Source: an uncultured delta proteobacterium (GTDB lineage: Bacteria > Myxococcota_A > Polyangia > Fen-1088). From it: 64,000 nt of DNA. The notes below the pieces were generated by a model. The model worked only from the letters and a program-made list of their open reading frames with translations, did no database searches and was not told the origin of the DNA. Location of the stretch: NCBI GenBank assembly GCA_963796685.1, contig CAWCMR010000014.1, positions 96,001 to 160,000 on the forward strand. Direction: 5' to 3'. Positions 48,765-60,875 of the stretch are shown here, piece by piece; position 1 is the stretch's first letter; each line of letters begins with the position of its first letter. The position numbers and the translations under genes were made by a program.

Positions 48765-49481
48765 CTAGGGCATCTTGAGGCGCCGCTCGCTCGCGGCGAT
48801 GACGTCGAAGATCTCCTTGGAGGTGCGGGCCGCGAGCACCGTCTCCACCGATTGCCGGGTTGCGAACATGCTGGCCAGCTTGGCCAACCAGGGCAAGTGC
48901 AGCTCGTTCATCTTCAACCCGAGGACGAAGAACAGGTGCGTGGGCTTTCCGTCGAGCGCGTCGAAGTCGACGCCGTCTTTGGAGCGACCGAGCACCATGA
49001 ACGGCCGAACCACCTGCTGGGGATTGCGGCGGACCGTGTGCAGAAAGGCCACGCCGCGGCCGGTGGCGCTGGGCATGATGTTTTCGCGTTCGATGAGCGC
49101 GCCCATGAACCAGGTCTTGTCGCGCACCAACCCGAGCTCGGCGGTGAGGCCAGCCAGCTCCTCAATGGCGCCGTTCTTGGTCGTGGCCGTCATCTCGGGC
49201 AGGATGTGCGACAGCTCGAAACAGCTGGCCAGCTCCAACATGGCGCGCGGGGAAACCACCGGCTTGGGCTCGTCGATGAACCGCGGGGTCACGCCCAGCA
49301 TTTGATCGTCGAGCCAGGTGTCGATCATGGCTTTGCGAAAGCGCCACTGGTTGCCGACCTTCACGCCAGGCAGGGCCCCGTCCGACACCAAGCGCAGCAC
49401 GGTCCGCTCGTTGAGGTTCAAGTAGCCGGCCAGCTGCTTGATGGTCATCAGTCGGTCTTCGATGGTCCGCCCCTCCGTCAC
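48765..49481 (-). CDS. Second excisionase-type HTH - PTS EIIA(Ntr)-like fusion
   Basis: MTIKQLAGYL..LPGVKVGNQWRF; RENIMPSATGRGVAFLH, GVDFDALDGKP. Confidence 0.88.
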   Translation of the reverse strand: MTEGRTIEDRLMTIKQLAGYLNLNERTVLRLVSDGALPGVKVGNQWRFRKAMIDTWLDDQMLGVTPRFIDEPKPVVSPRAMLELASCFELSHILPEMTATTKNGAIEELAGLTAELGLVRDKTWFMGALIERENIMPSATGRGVAFLHTVRRNPQQVVRPFMVLGRSKDGVDFDALDGKPTHLFFVLGLKMNELHLPWLAKLASMFATRQSVETVLAARTSKEIFDVIAASERRLKMP

Positions 49482-49678
49482 GCAGGTGCTCTACCTCGCC
49501 CCGAACCTGGTCGTCAACTACGTAGGATTACGTCCAAGTTCGTAGAAGGACAGGGCACAGAGGCCCGGGGCGTGACACGTCAAATCACCGCACGCCTCGG
49601 CCGTCGGTATAGTATAGGTGCGGTGTCCCGGCTGACCGGACGTGACGACCGCCCACCGCGGCCGGCGAAGGATCGACG

Positions 49679-51919
49679 ATGACCCACGCGCTTCCACCAA
49701 CGAGAGGGCTTCCGCATTGTTGTGCGCTCCTTTGCCTGGCCAGTGCCACAGGCTGTGCAAGCGGTGGCAAGGTGACGCCGCCCACTGCATCGGACGCAGC
49801 ACCCGCGGACGGACGTGACACGGGAATTGCCGACCATCCGAACGGCCCCGACCGGCCAACGGTCGTGGTCAACTTTCCCGACCTCGGTCCTCCGAGCGAC
49901 GTGCCCCAAAGCAGCGCGCCACAAGACATCGTGTCCATGCGCATCGACCCGCAAGACGCGGTTTTGGTGGTGGAACGAGGAAAAGCGTCGACCCTGAGTT
50001 ATCACGCCTACGCCACCATGCAAGGCGCCGACGCCGAGGTCGACATCACCTCGCGCACGGTCTTCTACGTCCCGGACAACTACCTGGTCGGTAGCTTTCC
50101 GGCGGATGGCAGCGCCACGTTCTCTTCGCGCCTGCCGGTCAGTGCGGGCGATCCGCCTCAGCGCGGTGGCAAGGTGACCATTCAAGCCCAGGCGGCCAAC
50201 ACCAACCTGCCCATCACGACCGTCACCGCGACCTTGACCGTGAAGGTTGTCGACGTCGGCGTAGCGGCTGCGGGCACCCCCGGAGCCTCACCGGCGATCC
50301 CCAGCGATTCCGGCTCCCTGTTCACGGGGACCGAAACCTCTTCCCTGGCGCCGCTCCTGGTCTACCCCAACGACGGCGTGCTGTTGCCCCCCAACATGAA
50401 CCAACTGGAGATCCACTACCTGCCGGGAAGGGGCACGGACGAGCTGTACGAGATCTCGCTCCTCGGGCCCTACTCCGAGTATCGCTATTACACGCGCTGC
50501 TATGCCGATCCCGCGAAGTTCGTCCAAGACACCTGCGCCCTCGAGCTCGATCCTGAGAGCGTCCGGGTGATCGCCGAGAGCAATCGTGGAGCCGGACCAC
50601 TTCAATTGACCGTTCAAGGCTCCGACCAACATGGCAAGGTGGGAACCTCGGGCAACGCGTCCATCGAGCTCACCGCAGACGCCGTCAATGGTGCCATCAC
50701 CTACTGGACAGCGACGCGTCCACCCCGCATCATGCGCTTCGATTTCGGGTCGCAGTCCGGGCTGGCTCCGCTGGTCGAGCAGACGGACCTGCCAGACGAT
50801 GCCGGAAATCCCGGCAAGAGCCAGCGCTGCATCGGATGCCACGCGGTATCCCGCGATGGCAGCCGCCTCGCCGCGGGTACGGATGGGTCGGAGGTAGGGT
50901 ATCTCGTCTACATCAACGATCTCTCGCGGCCCAAGACCTCGCCCAACTGGCTCACGGTGGACGGCCGCGGCGTCGGGGTCGCGGCGCAGAACCAAATCGT
51001 CACGGCTTCGTTCAGCCCGGAAGGGGATCAATTCGTCGCCGCCAGCTGGCCGGACAACCCGGCGGTTGGCCCCACCAAGCTGGCCTTTCACGATGGGACG
51101 ACCGGCGTGCGCAAGAGCGTCTTCGACGTGGGGTTCGATGTGACCTATCCCGATTGGTCCCCGGATGGTCAGAGCATTGCCGTCACGCGGATCTACCAAG
51201 CCAATTCCTACAACATCTGGTTCCTGGACGCGGGCATCTCGATCATCCACCGCGATGGCGCGACCTGGAAGCTGCCAGCCGTGGACCTGTTTTCGAGCGG
51301 GTCGGGCAAGAACCGTTACACGCCGAACTGGTTGCCTGATTCCTCGCTGCTCCTCTATTCCGAATCCGCCACTCCGCCGGACGATCCCTCCGCGCGCATC
51401 GACGCGTATTCGAACTCGGTGGCTGCCGTGTGGGCCATCGAGCCCAAGGCGGGAGCGACACCGGTGGCCCTGGCTCGTGCCAATGCAACCGGCGTGGCGG
51501 ACAAGCTCACCCTTGCCGACAATCGGGATGCCACCCTGGTCAAGCGAATCGCCAGCGGGCAATTGATGGATACCTTTGCCCGCTCGGCGCCGTTCCAGAG
51601 CCAGCACAATGGCCACACGCTGTTCTGGTTCACGGTCGCCTCGCAACGGCGAGCGGGCGTGCGGCGCTTTGTCGGCAACGAGAGCGCAACGCTCGATGTA
51701 TCCACGCAAACCCTGCTGTGGATGTTCGCGCTCGATGCGGACGCGGTCCATGCCGGGCTGGATGGGAGCTATCCGGGCTTCTTCCTTCCTTTCCAGGACA
51801 TGCTCACCTCGAATCACATGGCGTACTGGGCGCAGAAGTACGTCTCGGACAACCCGCCTCCCCCGCCGCCCGCCACTCCTCCTCCGCCGCCGCTGACCGT
51901 CGAGCCCCCAATCCCGTAG
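49679..51919 (+). CDS. TolB-like beta-propeller lipoprotein with one CxxCH motif
   Basis: Lipobox ATGC; LVYPNDG, CIGCHAVSRDG, YPDWSPDG, GFFLPFQD; Pro-rich tail. Confidence 0.7.
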   Translation: MTHALPPTRGLPHCCALLCLASATGCASGGKVTPPTASDAAPADGRDTGIADHPNGPDRPTVVVNFPDLGPPSDVPQSSAPQDIVSMRIDPQDAVLVVERGKASTLSYHAYATMQGADAEVDITSRTVFYVPDNYLVGSFPADGSATFSSRLPVSAGDPPQRGGKVTIQAQAANTNLPITTVTATLTVKVVDVGVAAAGTPGASPAIPSDSGSLFTGTETSSLAPLLVYPNDGVLLPPNMNQLEIHYLPGRGTDELYEISLLGPYSEYRYYTRCYADPAKFVQDTCALELDPESVRVIAESNRGAGPLQLTVQGSDQHGKVGTSGNASIELTADAVNGAITYWTATRPPRIMRFDFGSQSGLAPLVEQTDLPDDAGNPGKSQRCIGCHAVSRDGSRLAAGTDGSEVGYLVYINDLSRPKTSPNWLTVDGRGVGVAAQNQIVTASFSPEGDQFVAASWPDNPAVGPTKLAFHDGTTGVRKSVFDVGFDVTYPDWSPDGQSIAVTRIYQANSYNIWFLDAGISIIHRDGATWKLPAVDLFSSGSGKNRYTPNWLPDSSLLLYSESATPPDDPSARIDAYSNSVAAVWAIEPKAGATPVALARANATGVADKLTLADNRDATLVKRIASGQLMDTFARSAPFQSQHNGHTLFWFTVASQRRAGVRRFVGNESATLDVSTQTLLWMFALDADAVHAGLDGSYPGFFLPFQDMLTSNHMAYWAQKYVSDNPPPPPPATPPPPPLTVEPPIP

Positions 51920-51945
51920 TCCTCCTCGGGCCTCCGGCACCAGAG

Positions 51946-52804
51946 TTACTCGTGACCCGCGCCCTGGTGCAGGAGTGCATTCGTCGGGATCGCTTGCTTG
52001 GTGATGCTGGCGCTGCTCCATTGGAGCGACAAGGCCGGAACGCCACCCGTGCCGCGCGCATAGGACAGGCGGAGCGCGGGGCAGCCGGCCATGAGATTGA
52101 TGGAGGCGGAGACTTCGGTGCCGCCGACGTATCCGAAGTCGGCGTCCAGCACGCTCGCATCGTGAATTCGCAGGAACGCTCGGCTGTCCGCAGTGAGGTA
52201 GAATGTGTAGGCCCCGTCGGCTGGTACATCGAGATAGCCGGTGTAGAGCAAACCGATGTTGTCATCGCGAGTGCGCACGGTGAGATCGATCCCGGTCGAG
52301 CTGCCATGGGTTGCCACGGCTATCGGTGCAAAGTCGGGAACCCAGGGGAATGCACCCTCGAAGGCGCTGTAGTCGAGGCCGGTCACCAGGTCGGGCGTCA
52401 CATCGGGCGGGATGAGATCGTTGTCGAACGGGCGAGGGGCATCGGGCATGGCCCTGGTGGACCCCCAGCAGGAGCGAGGCGCGTGAGGGCGCGCAAACGG
52501 GCGCGGAAGAGTAATGCCGCAAGAGTTGGAGTCCCTCGGCCGCCATCGTGTCCAGCTTTGGGGTTGCAAACGCCGGCTTGTTCCGGTTGACGGCAAAGCC
52601 CCGGCCGTTCTGGTAAAGGACGCCTACGTCGCCCCAGCCCATGTCGTCGACAAGAATGAAAAGCACATTGGGCTTCTTGGTGGAACCTTCCTTGCCCCGC
52701 GCCTCGCATCCACTCAGGGCGCCCAAGAGAAGCAAGATCCACAAGGGGAATCGGAATCGTGGCACCAGACGAGCACCTTCAGTCGCCGGTCGCGCCGCAT
52801 CCAT
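51946..52804 (-). pseudogene. Sulfatase-PA14 lipoprotein collapsed by internal deletion
   Basis: KPNVLFILVDDMGWGD..CAPSRASLLLG (CxPxR) joins out of frame near 52445 to PRPFDNDLIP..YTGYLDVPADGAYTFYL..LSLQWS (PA14-like). Confidence 0.75.
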
Positions 52805-52853
52805 GACCGCAGCAACGTCTGCGTCGAGGGCACGCCTTCCTGTCATCGGATTC

Positions 52854-53855
52854 TCAGAGAGGGTCGGTACACGACGTCATGTCGGTATTGCATTGCGTGT
52901 CGGGAAATTTATAGCCCTCGAGCGCGGAGCTGCCTGAGAGAAGTGTGACGGTCGCTGCCAGGATGGCGCCTTTGGGATAGCTCCCGGGCGTCTGGAACGG
53001 GTCGAAGGTGTATTCTCTCTCGATGCCACTCGGGCACGAGGCAGGGAAGGTGAACAAGATGGAACGAGGTTTCTCCGGAATCATCCACTGCCCCTGGCCA
53101 CTGCACTGCCAATAGGGAAAGTTGATAGCCAGGTCATCGCCTGCCAAGAAATCGGCCGTACCTCCGCCTGTCCCAGGGGAAGTGCCATGAATGCGAACCC
53201 AGGAGAAGTGGTTCGCGTCACCCATCCAACCAACGAGCCAGATGCCGTTCATCTGATCGGCGAATGCCGTCATGCTGTCGACATCCGCCGGGACGTCGAT
53301 GGCACTCGAATCCTGGCGGGCATCCGCCGGATCGGCGTCGCGAGCCGCTGCCCCTCCACTCCCGACCACCGCGCCAGTTCCCGAACCACCGGTCCCGCCC
53401 GAGGCAATGGTCCCGCCGTCCGAACCCGACGTTCCACCCGCGAGGCACGGCGCACACACGCCAGCCCAAGGACCGAGGCACTGACCGCAACAGAGCGTCC
53501 AGCCTGGCGCGCATCCCGCGTCCGGTTTCGCGTCTCCACCCGCGCCGCTGCCGCTCGCGCCGCTGCCGACCACCCCACCGTGCTCGCTCGTGCCGCCGCT
53601 CGCGCTGGTGCCACCCGCTCCGCTGCCGGCCGCGCCGCCGTGCTCGCTCGTGCCGCCGCTCCCGCTGGTGCCACCCACACCGCCGTGCTCGTTCGTTCCG
53701 CCGCTCGCGCTGGTGCCTCCAACGTCCGTGCCGCCGTTTCCTCCCAGACCCCCGTCAGCCTGCCTGGATTTCAATCCCGAACCACCGCAACCACCAAAGA
53801 GTACGACGATGGCTATCGCCGCGCCGAAGAAGCCACAGATCGCCTTGCCTGCCAT
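52854..53855 (-). CDS. Hypothetical lipoprotein with Gly-rich repeats
   Basis: Lipobox FGGC; three GGTS(A/G)SGGT(S/N)EHGG repeats; Trp/Cys-containing C-terminal domain. Confidence 0.65.
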   Translation of the reverse strand: MAGKAICGFFGAAIAIVVLFGGCGGSGLKSRQADGGLGGNGGTDVGGTSASGGTNEHGGVGGTSGSGGTSEHGGAAGSGAGGTSASGGTSEHGGVVGSGASGSGAGGDAKPDAGCAPGWTLCCGQCLGPWAGVCAPCLAGGTSGSDGGTIASGGTGGSGTGAVVGSGGAAARDADPADARQDSSAIDVPADVDSMTAFADQMNGIWLVGWMGDANHFSWVRIHGTSPGTGGGTADFLAGDDLAINFPYWQCSGQGQWMIPEKPRSILFTFPASCPSGIEREYTFDPFQTPGSYPKGAILAATVTLLSGSSALEGYKFPDTQCNTDMTSCTDPL

Positions 53856-53917
53856 GGTGAACCTAGCTTACTCGAATCGGCTGTTGACGGGTGTGATCTA
53901 AATCTCTGGTGTCGACG

Positions 53918-54020
53918 TCACGACGCTCGACGAACACGTTCCCGCCTGATTCGCTCGTTGAGATAGACCTTCATCAGGGACTGGTAGGGGACGTCCTGCT
54001 TGTTTGCCAAGCGTCGCTCG
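53918..54020 (-). pseudogene. C-terminal remnant of a CopG/BrnA-like antitoxin fused to unrelated lower-GC DNA
   Basis: RLANKQDVPYQSLMKVYLNERI ribbon-helix-helix-like motif at the end of ORF 53918-54262; no toxin adjacent. Confidence 0.55.
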
Positions 54021-54571
54021 TTGGAAGACCCGTCTCGCTGTTCAAATTGAGCCTCCAGATATTCCTGGAGAGTCTGCTTCCCCATCAATTCTGAGAGAGC
54101 CTCCCTCAAGCGGTTCAGCTCGCTGATCACGGCAAGTTCCGTCACCAGCTGGATTGCTTGAGCATGGCAGACCTCCATCGCACTTTGGCACGTCTTCCTG
54201 AAATAGTCGTGAGCCGCGGTTGCTGCAGGTTCCCACTGGTCAAACCCGGAATTGAAGAGCACGTATAGGAATACGTCCTTGAATGGCTATGCGAAGTGCA
54301 AGGCCGTCGTCCTCGGCTCACTTATTCTTCGCCTCACATACCATTTCAAGAACTGCGCGCGCCATGAGGAGTCTTGAACATCGGATGCCTCGTCCCAGGT
54401 GAACCATGCTGGTCCTTCCCGGGCTGGTCTGTCCAACTACCTACTAACCTGCGAAGAATAACATTGACGCATCGGCAGATGGTGGGCTTTGCCGGCAGGT
54501 CCTGTGGGCGAAGCCTCGGCCGCTTCCTTTGGCCGTGAGGCCAGAGGAGCGTCTGCCAGCTTGCTCCTCGG

Positions 54572-56971
<2,400 letters not shown>

Positions 56972-57037
56972 GGTGGTTAGAGCCCAAAGCTGGCACGGAG
57001 ATGCGGGCAAAGAAAGGGAATTGGGCCGGCCCCTCGG

Positions 57038-58096
57038 CTAGCGGGCGCCGAACTTGTAGAGGATGGTGTTCTTGTAGGTTTCGCCGGGGGACAGCGCGAC
57101 GGTCGGGAAGGCGGGCTGATTGGGCGTGTCGGGGTAGTGCTGGGGCTCGATGCACAAGGCGGCGCGCTTGGTGTAGCGCCAGCCGCGCTTGCCGGTGATG
57201 GAGCCGTCCAGGTGATTGCCCGTGTAAAACTGCGTGCCGGGCTCGGTGGACAGCACCTCCAGGGTGCGGCCCGTGGTCGGTTCGAGCACGCGTGCCACCA
57301 GCCCCAATTCACCGAGAGGCTTGTCGATGACCCAGTTGTGGTCGTAGCCGCCAGCGAATCGAAGTTGCGGGTCGTCGGCCTCGATGCGTGTGCCGATGGC
57401 GGTGGGCGTGGTGAAATCGAACGGCGTGCCCGCAACCGGACGTGGCTCGCCCGTGGGAATCAGCGAGGCGTCGACGGGGGTGAAGCGCTTCGCGTTGAGG
57501 AACAGCTCGTGCCCCAGGATGTCGCCTTTGCCCGCCAGGTTGAAGTACGAGTGGTGGGTCAGGTTGACGATGGTCTTCTTGTCGGTGGTGGCCGAAAAGT
57601 CCACGCGCAGGGCGCGCTCCGCGGTGAGCGTGTAGTGCGCCGTCACGTCGAGGTTGCCAGGGAAGCCCTCGTCTCCGTCCGGGCTGAGGTAGCGAAGCTC
57701 GAGGGCCGGGCCAAGGTCGGTTTGCACCGGGCGAGCCGTCCACACCACCTTGTCGAAGCCCTTGAGCCCGCCGTGCAGCGAGCTCGTTCCGTCGTTGGCC
57801 GCCAGCCGGTAGGTCCTGCCGTCGAGCGAGAACTTGGCCTTGGCGATGCGATTGCCGTAGCGGCCCACCAGACAGCCGAAGTAGGGGCTGGCCTTGGCGT
57901 AGTCCTGGGGTCGATCGTAGCCGAGCACGACATCTTCCAAGGTGCCGCGCGCATCGGGGACGCGCAGGGACATGACCGTGCCACCGTAGCTCGCGATCAG
58001 GGCCTCCATCCCGTCAGGACCGCGCAGGCGGTAGGTTTCGATCGACTCGTCGCGAGCGACGAGCGTGACAGAGTTTTCTTTGGCTTGACGGCTCAT
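57038..58096 (-). CDS. galM: Aldose 1-epimerase
   Basis: YFGCLVGRYGNRI, LHGG, NLTHHSYFNL, GYDHN, EPQHYPD. Start 58096 or 58135. Confidence 0.93.
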   Translation of the reverse strand: MSRQAKENSVTLVARDESIETYRLRGPDGMEALIASYGGTVMSLRVPDARGTLEDVVLGYDRPQDYAKASPYFGCLVGRYGNRIAKAKFSLDGRTYRLAANDGTSSLHGGLKGFDKVVWTARPVQTDLGPALELRYLSPDGDEGFPGNLDVTAHYTLTAERALRVDFSATTDKKTIVNLTHHSYFNLAGKGDILGHELFLNAKRFTPVDASLIPTGEPRPVAGTPFDFTTPTAIGTRIEADDPQLRFAGGYDHNWVIDKPLGELGLVARVLEPTTGRTLEVLSTEPGTQFYTGNHLDGSITGKRGWRYTKRAALCIEPQHYPDTPNQPAFPTVALSPGETYKNTILYKFGAR

Positions 58097-58175
58097 GACA
58101 TTCAAGTCCTCCACAAGATGGCGGTGTTCTATCACGGCGTCGGCTCGCGGATCGTGTCGAAGCGGAAAGCAAGCA

Positions 58176-58613
58176 TCAGAGCGTCGTCACACGCAGGCCA
58201 GCGGCTTTCGCCAGTCGCGCCTGGCGCTCGTCGGCGGTGACGAATGCCTTCGGCTGCAAGATGGTCGCCGCGGCAACGTGGAGGATATCGAGCGAACGCA
58301 CGCCAAGGATGGCCGTGTGCCGCCGGCTGATGAGCTCGGCCCGGGTATAGACGTCGGCGAGATCGTAGGCGGGCCCCTCCCAGAGTCCTGCCGCCGCGTC
58401 GGCTTCCACGTGGCCCAGAGCCTCGTCGACGATCCTCAGGGCGAGCTCTTGGCGAAAGACCTTGAGGTGCCACGCCGTGACCAGCTCGACCCTGTGCAGG
58501 TGGGTCAGCACCGCGGGCGGAGCAAATCGCGCGCGCACGCGAAGGGCCTTGTCGCTATCCGGTTCGGGCAGATACCACTTGGTGATGACGCTGGTGTCGA
58601 AGTACGCGGTCAC
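58176..58613 (-). CDS. VapC-family PIN-domain toxin
   Basis: YFDTS, RSLDILHVAAA, FVTADERQ; GTGA overlap with the antitoxin stop. Confidence 0.88.
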   Translation of the reverse strand: MTAYFDTSVITKWYLPEPDSDKALRVRARFAPPAVLTHLHRVELVTAWHLKVFRQELALRIVDEALGHVEADAAAGLWEGPAYDLADVYTRAELISRRHTAILGVRSLDILHVAAATILQPKAFVTADERQARLAKAAGLRVTTL

Positions 58614-58870
58614 ACCCGCTCTCCGCGCAGCTCACGGACGATCTCGCTGGGCGAGGCCCCGGCGATCGTCTCGCCCGACATCAGCTTCTTCATCCGGATG
58701 GCCGAATCGGGCCAGCGTAGGCGCGTTTTCGGACGGGTGGCGGGGACGATGCGCGCGATCACCTTGCCGCGTTTGGTGACGGCGAATTCCTGGCCCTTTT
58801 GCACTGCGGAAAGCACACTGGCCAAACCGTGTTGAACCTCGCGCACCGTGGCCGTCTTCATGTTAGACAT
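58610..58870 (-). CDS. Phd/YefM-family antitoxin
   Basis: MKTATVREVQHGLASVL..VTKRGKVIARIVP; directly upstream of the PIN gene. Confidence 0.88.
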   Translation of the reverse strand: MSNMKTATVREVQHGLASVLSAVQKGQEFAVTKRGKVIARIVPATRPKTRLRWPDSAIRMKKLMSGETIAGASPSEIVRELRGERV

Positions 58871-58880
58871 TATGTCTAAC
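58862..58880. promoter_or_regulatory. Palindromic operator of the TA operon
   Basis: Perfect GTTAGACAT-T-ATGTCTAAC overlapping the antitoxin start and the upstream gene stop. Confidence 0.7.
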
Positions 58881-59562
58881 TAGCCGGGAGGGTGCAAGTC
58901 GTTAGGTCCAGCACCCGCGCGCGCCGGCACATGCGCGCGGACAGATCCACGCCCACGGCGCTCATGCCGAGGGCATTGGCCACGGCCAGGACCGTGCCCC
59001 AGCCGCAGAAGGGATCGACCACGGTGCGGGTCGGTGTTTCCTGAAGCACGAACCGGCACGCCTCCAGGCAGGCGTTCACGCCCATGGCCTTTCTGCCCGG
59101 CACGAAGCCGGCGTCGGGAATGACGTCGGCGCGTGGCCTGCCGCTGGGTGACCGCGGCACGGGCGCGAATCCCAGCAGATGCGAGTAGGTGGCGCGGCCG
59201 GCGCTGAGCGTACCCGCGGGATGTCGGCAGACGATGCGGTGAAAGAGCAGGTGTCCGCCCGCTTTCTCCGCCCCGCGTGCCACCAGGGCGCCCTTGTCCA
59301 CCCACAGGCCGGCGTGGCGGATGTCGCTCTGGAAGAAGATGGCCACGCCCTCGGGCGGCACGGCGGCCATGACCGCGGCCGCCGCGTCCGCGAACCAGCG
59401 GCACCAACCGGGAAAATCGAGGCGTGGTATCTCGGATACGTCGGGCAGCGAGGTCACCACGCTGGCGCCGACGAGCCTCCCCTGATCCCTCAGCCAGGCC
59501 ACGGCCTCCGCTCGGTGAACCACGCGTTGGGCGTCGGCCGTGGGCAGGGCGGCGGTCTTCAC
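58876..59562 (-). CDS. SAM-dependent methyltransferase, beta-class amino-MTase-like layout
   Basis: VVTSLPD near the N terminus, VVDPFCGWGT..GVDL near the C terminus. Confidence 0.7.
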   Translation of the reverse strand: MKTAALPTADAQRVVHRAEAVAWLRDQGRLVGASVVTSLPDVSEIPRLDFPGWCRWFADAAAAVMAAVPPEGVAIFFQSDIRHAGLWVDKGALVARGAEKAGGHLLFHRIVCRHPAGTLSAGRATYSHLLGFAPVPRSPSGRPRADVIPDAGFVPGRKAMGVNACLEACRFVLQETPTRTVVDPFCGWGTVLAVANALGMSAVGVDLSARMCRRARVLDLTTCTLPAS

Positions 59563-59573
59563 GGGATCCGTGG

Positions 59574-60875
59574 CTAACTCTTGCTCGGATCGAGCACGCG
59601 GCCCATGAAGATCACGGCGCCGGTCGGTTGATCGCGCAGGAAATAGAGGAAGGGACGGTTGGCGTAGATGTTGAGCCCGGAGGAGGGCGCGGACCCGGCC
59701 TTCATGACCACCGCGGTCGCCGCGGCGGCTTCGGTCCCCTTCTCGGCCACGTCGATGAAGGCCTTGTGGATGACCCTGGAGATGAAGAGATTGTGCGTGC
59801 CATCCATGCCCGAAAAGTCAGCCTGTCCGAAGACGAACGCCGAGGTCATGCCGAGAGCCTGAAGCAGATCCTCGAGACTCTGGCTGGTCTCCGTCCTGAA
59901 GCGCGGCAGGGTCAGAACCACGTGCTGGCTGGTCAAGCCCGCGACGATGGCGCCCAGCTTGGTGGCATCCAGCGACGATTCGAAGGCCGCCAGCGTGCCG
60001 GTGTCGGGGACCACCACCAGCAGCGACAGGCTATCGTCCTGATAGGGCAAAGCCACGGCGGCAAAGCCATCGCCCTGCAAGGCCTGCACGTTGTCCAGGC
60101 TCCCGCCCATGAATTTCGTCGTGACGGTCGTGCCGTCGAGGAGATTGAAGACGCCGTCGTGCGTGTTCTCGGGATCGAAGGGTTGCATCCAAGCGGCGTT
60201 GAAGTAGACGGCGTTGGTCAGCACCAAGCGCGTGGCCGAGTCGAGCGAGCCGTCGGGTAGGAGATCCTTGATTCTGTTCTCGGTTTGTTCGGCGACCCAG
60301 TCGTTGATGGTGATGCGGGCAGCATCGTATGCGTTGATGAAATCGAGGAGATTGAGGCCGGCGCCATAATTCATCGCCAGCGTGTCGAGGTAGTCGCTCT
60401 TGAAGGTGTACGTGCGCTCTCCCCAGGCGGCGTTCACGACGTGCAGGCGCATGGGTCCGCCGTCGGCACCCAACTTGCCCTCGCCACGCGAGGCCAGCGC
60501 CAGATCCAGGGCGTCGAAGGCCGGGTGCAGTCGCTCGGGCGGCAGCGTGTAGTGCATGGTCGCCGCCATTTCGCTCGCCGTGCTTCCGGCCGCGCCGGCA
60601 TAGACCATGGCCAGCGCGATGGAAATGCTGGCCGGCGAAAAGACCAAGTTGCCGTTGCTGGCGATCAGCTTGTGGTAGGCATCCAGGGCAAAGGCGGCGT
60701 TGTCCGTGGCCAAGGTGACAGTGTCGTCCGCAGAAACCTGGGGGTCCGTCACGCGAAGGGCGGACGACTTCGCGGGCTCGATGGTCTGTGGACTGCCCCC
60801 TTGCGAGCCGCAACCCTGCAGAACCGTGGACAAGAGCGCGAAAGAGGTGAGGCCGGTCGAGAGCAAGCGATTCAT
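59574..60875 (-). CDS. Serpin-family lipoprotein
   Basis: Lipobox LQGC; NLVFSPASI, LTNAVYFNAAW, EKGTEAAAAT hinge, ANRPFLYFL..FMGRV. Confidence 0.92.
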   Translation of the reverse strand: MNRLLSTGLTSFALLSTVLQGCGSQGGSPQTIEPAKSSALRVTDPQVSADDTVTLATDNAAFALDAYHKLIASNGNLVFSPASISIALAMVYAGAAGSTASEMAATMHYTLPPERLHPAFDALDLALASRGEGKLGADGGPMRLHVVNAAWGERTYTFKSDYLDTLAMNYGAGLNLLDFINAYDAARITINDWVAEQTENRIKDLLPDGSLDSATRLVLTNAVYFNAAWMQPFDPENTHDGVFNLLDGTTVTTKFMGGSLDNVQALQGDGFAAVALPYQDDSLSLLVVVPDTGTLAAFESSLDATKLGAIVAGLTSQHVVLTLPRFRTETSQSLEDLLQALGMTSAFVFGQADFSGMDGTHNLFISRVIHKAFIDVAEKGTEAAAATAVVMKAGSAPSSGLNIYANRPFLYFLRDQPTGAVIFMGRVLDPSKS

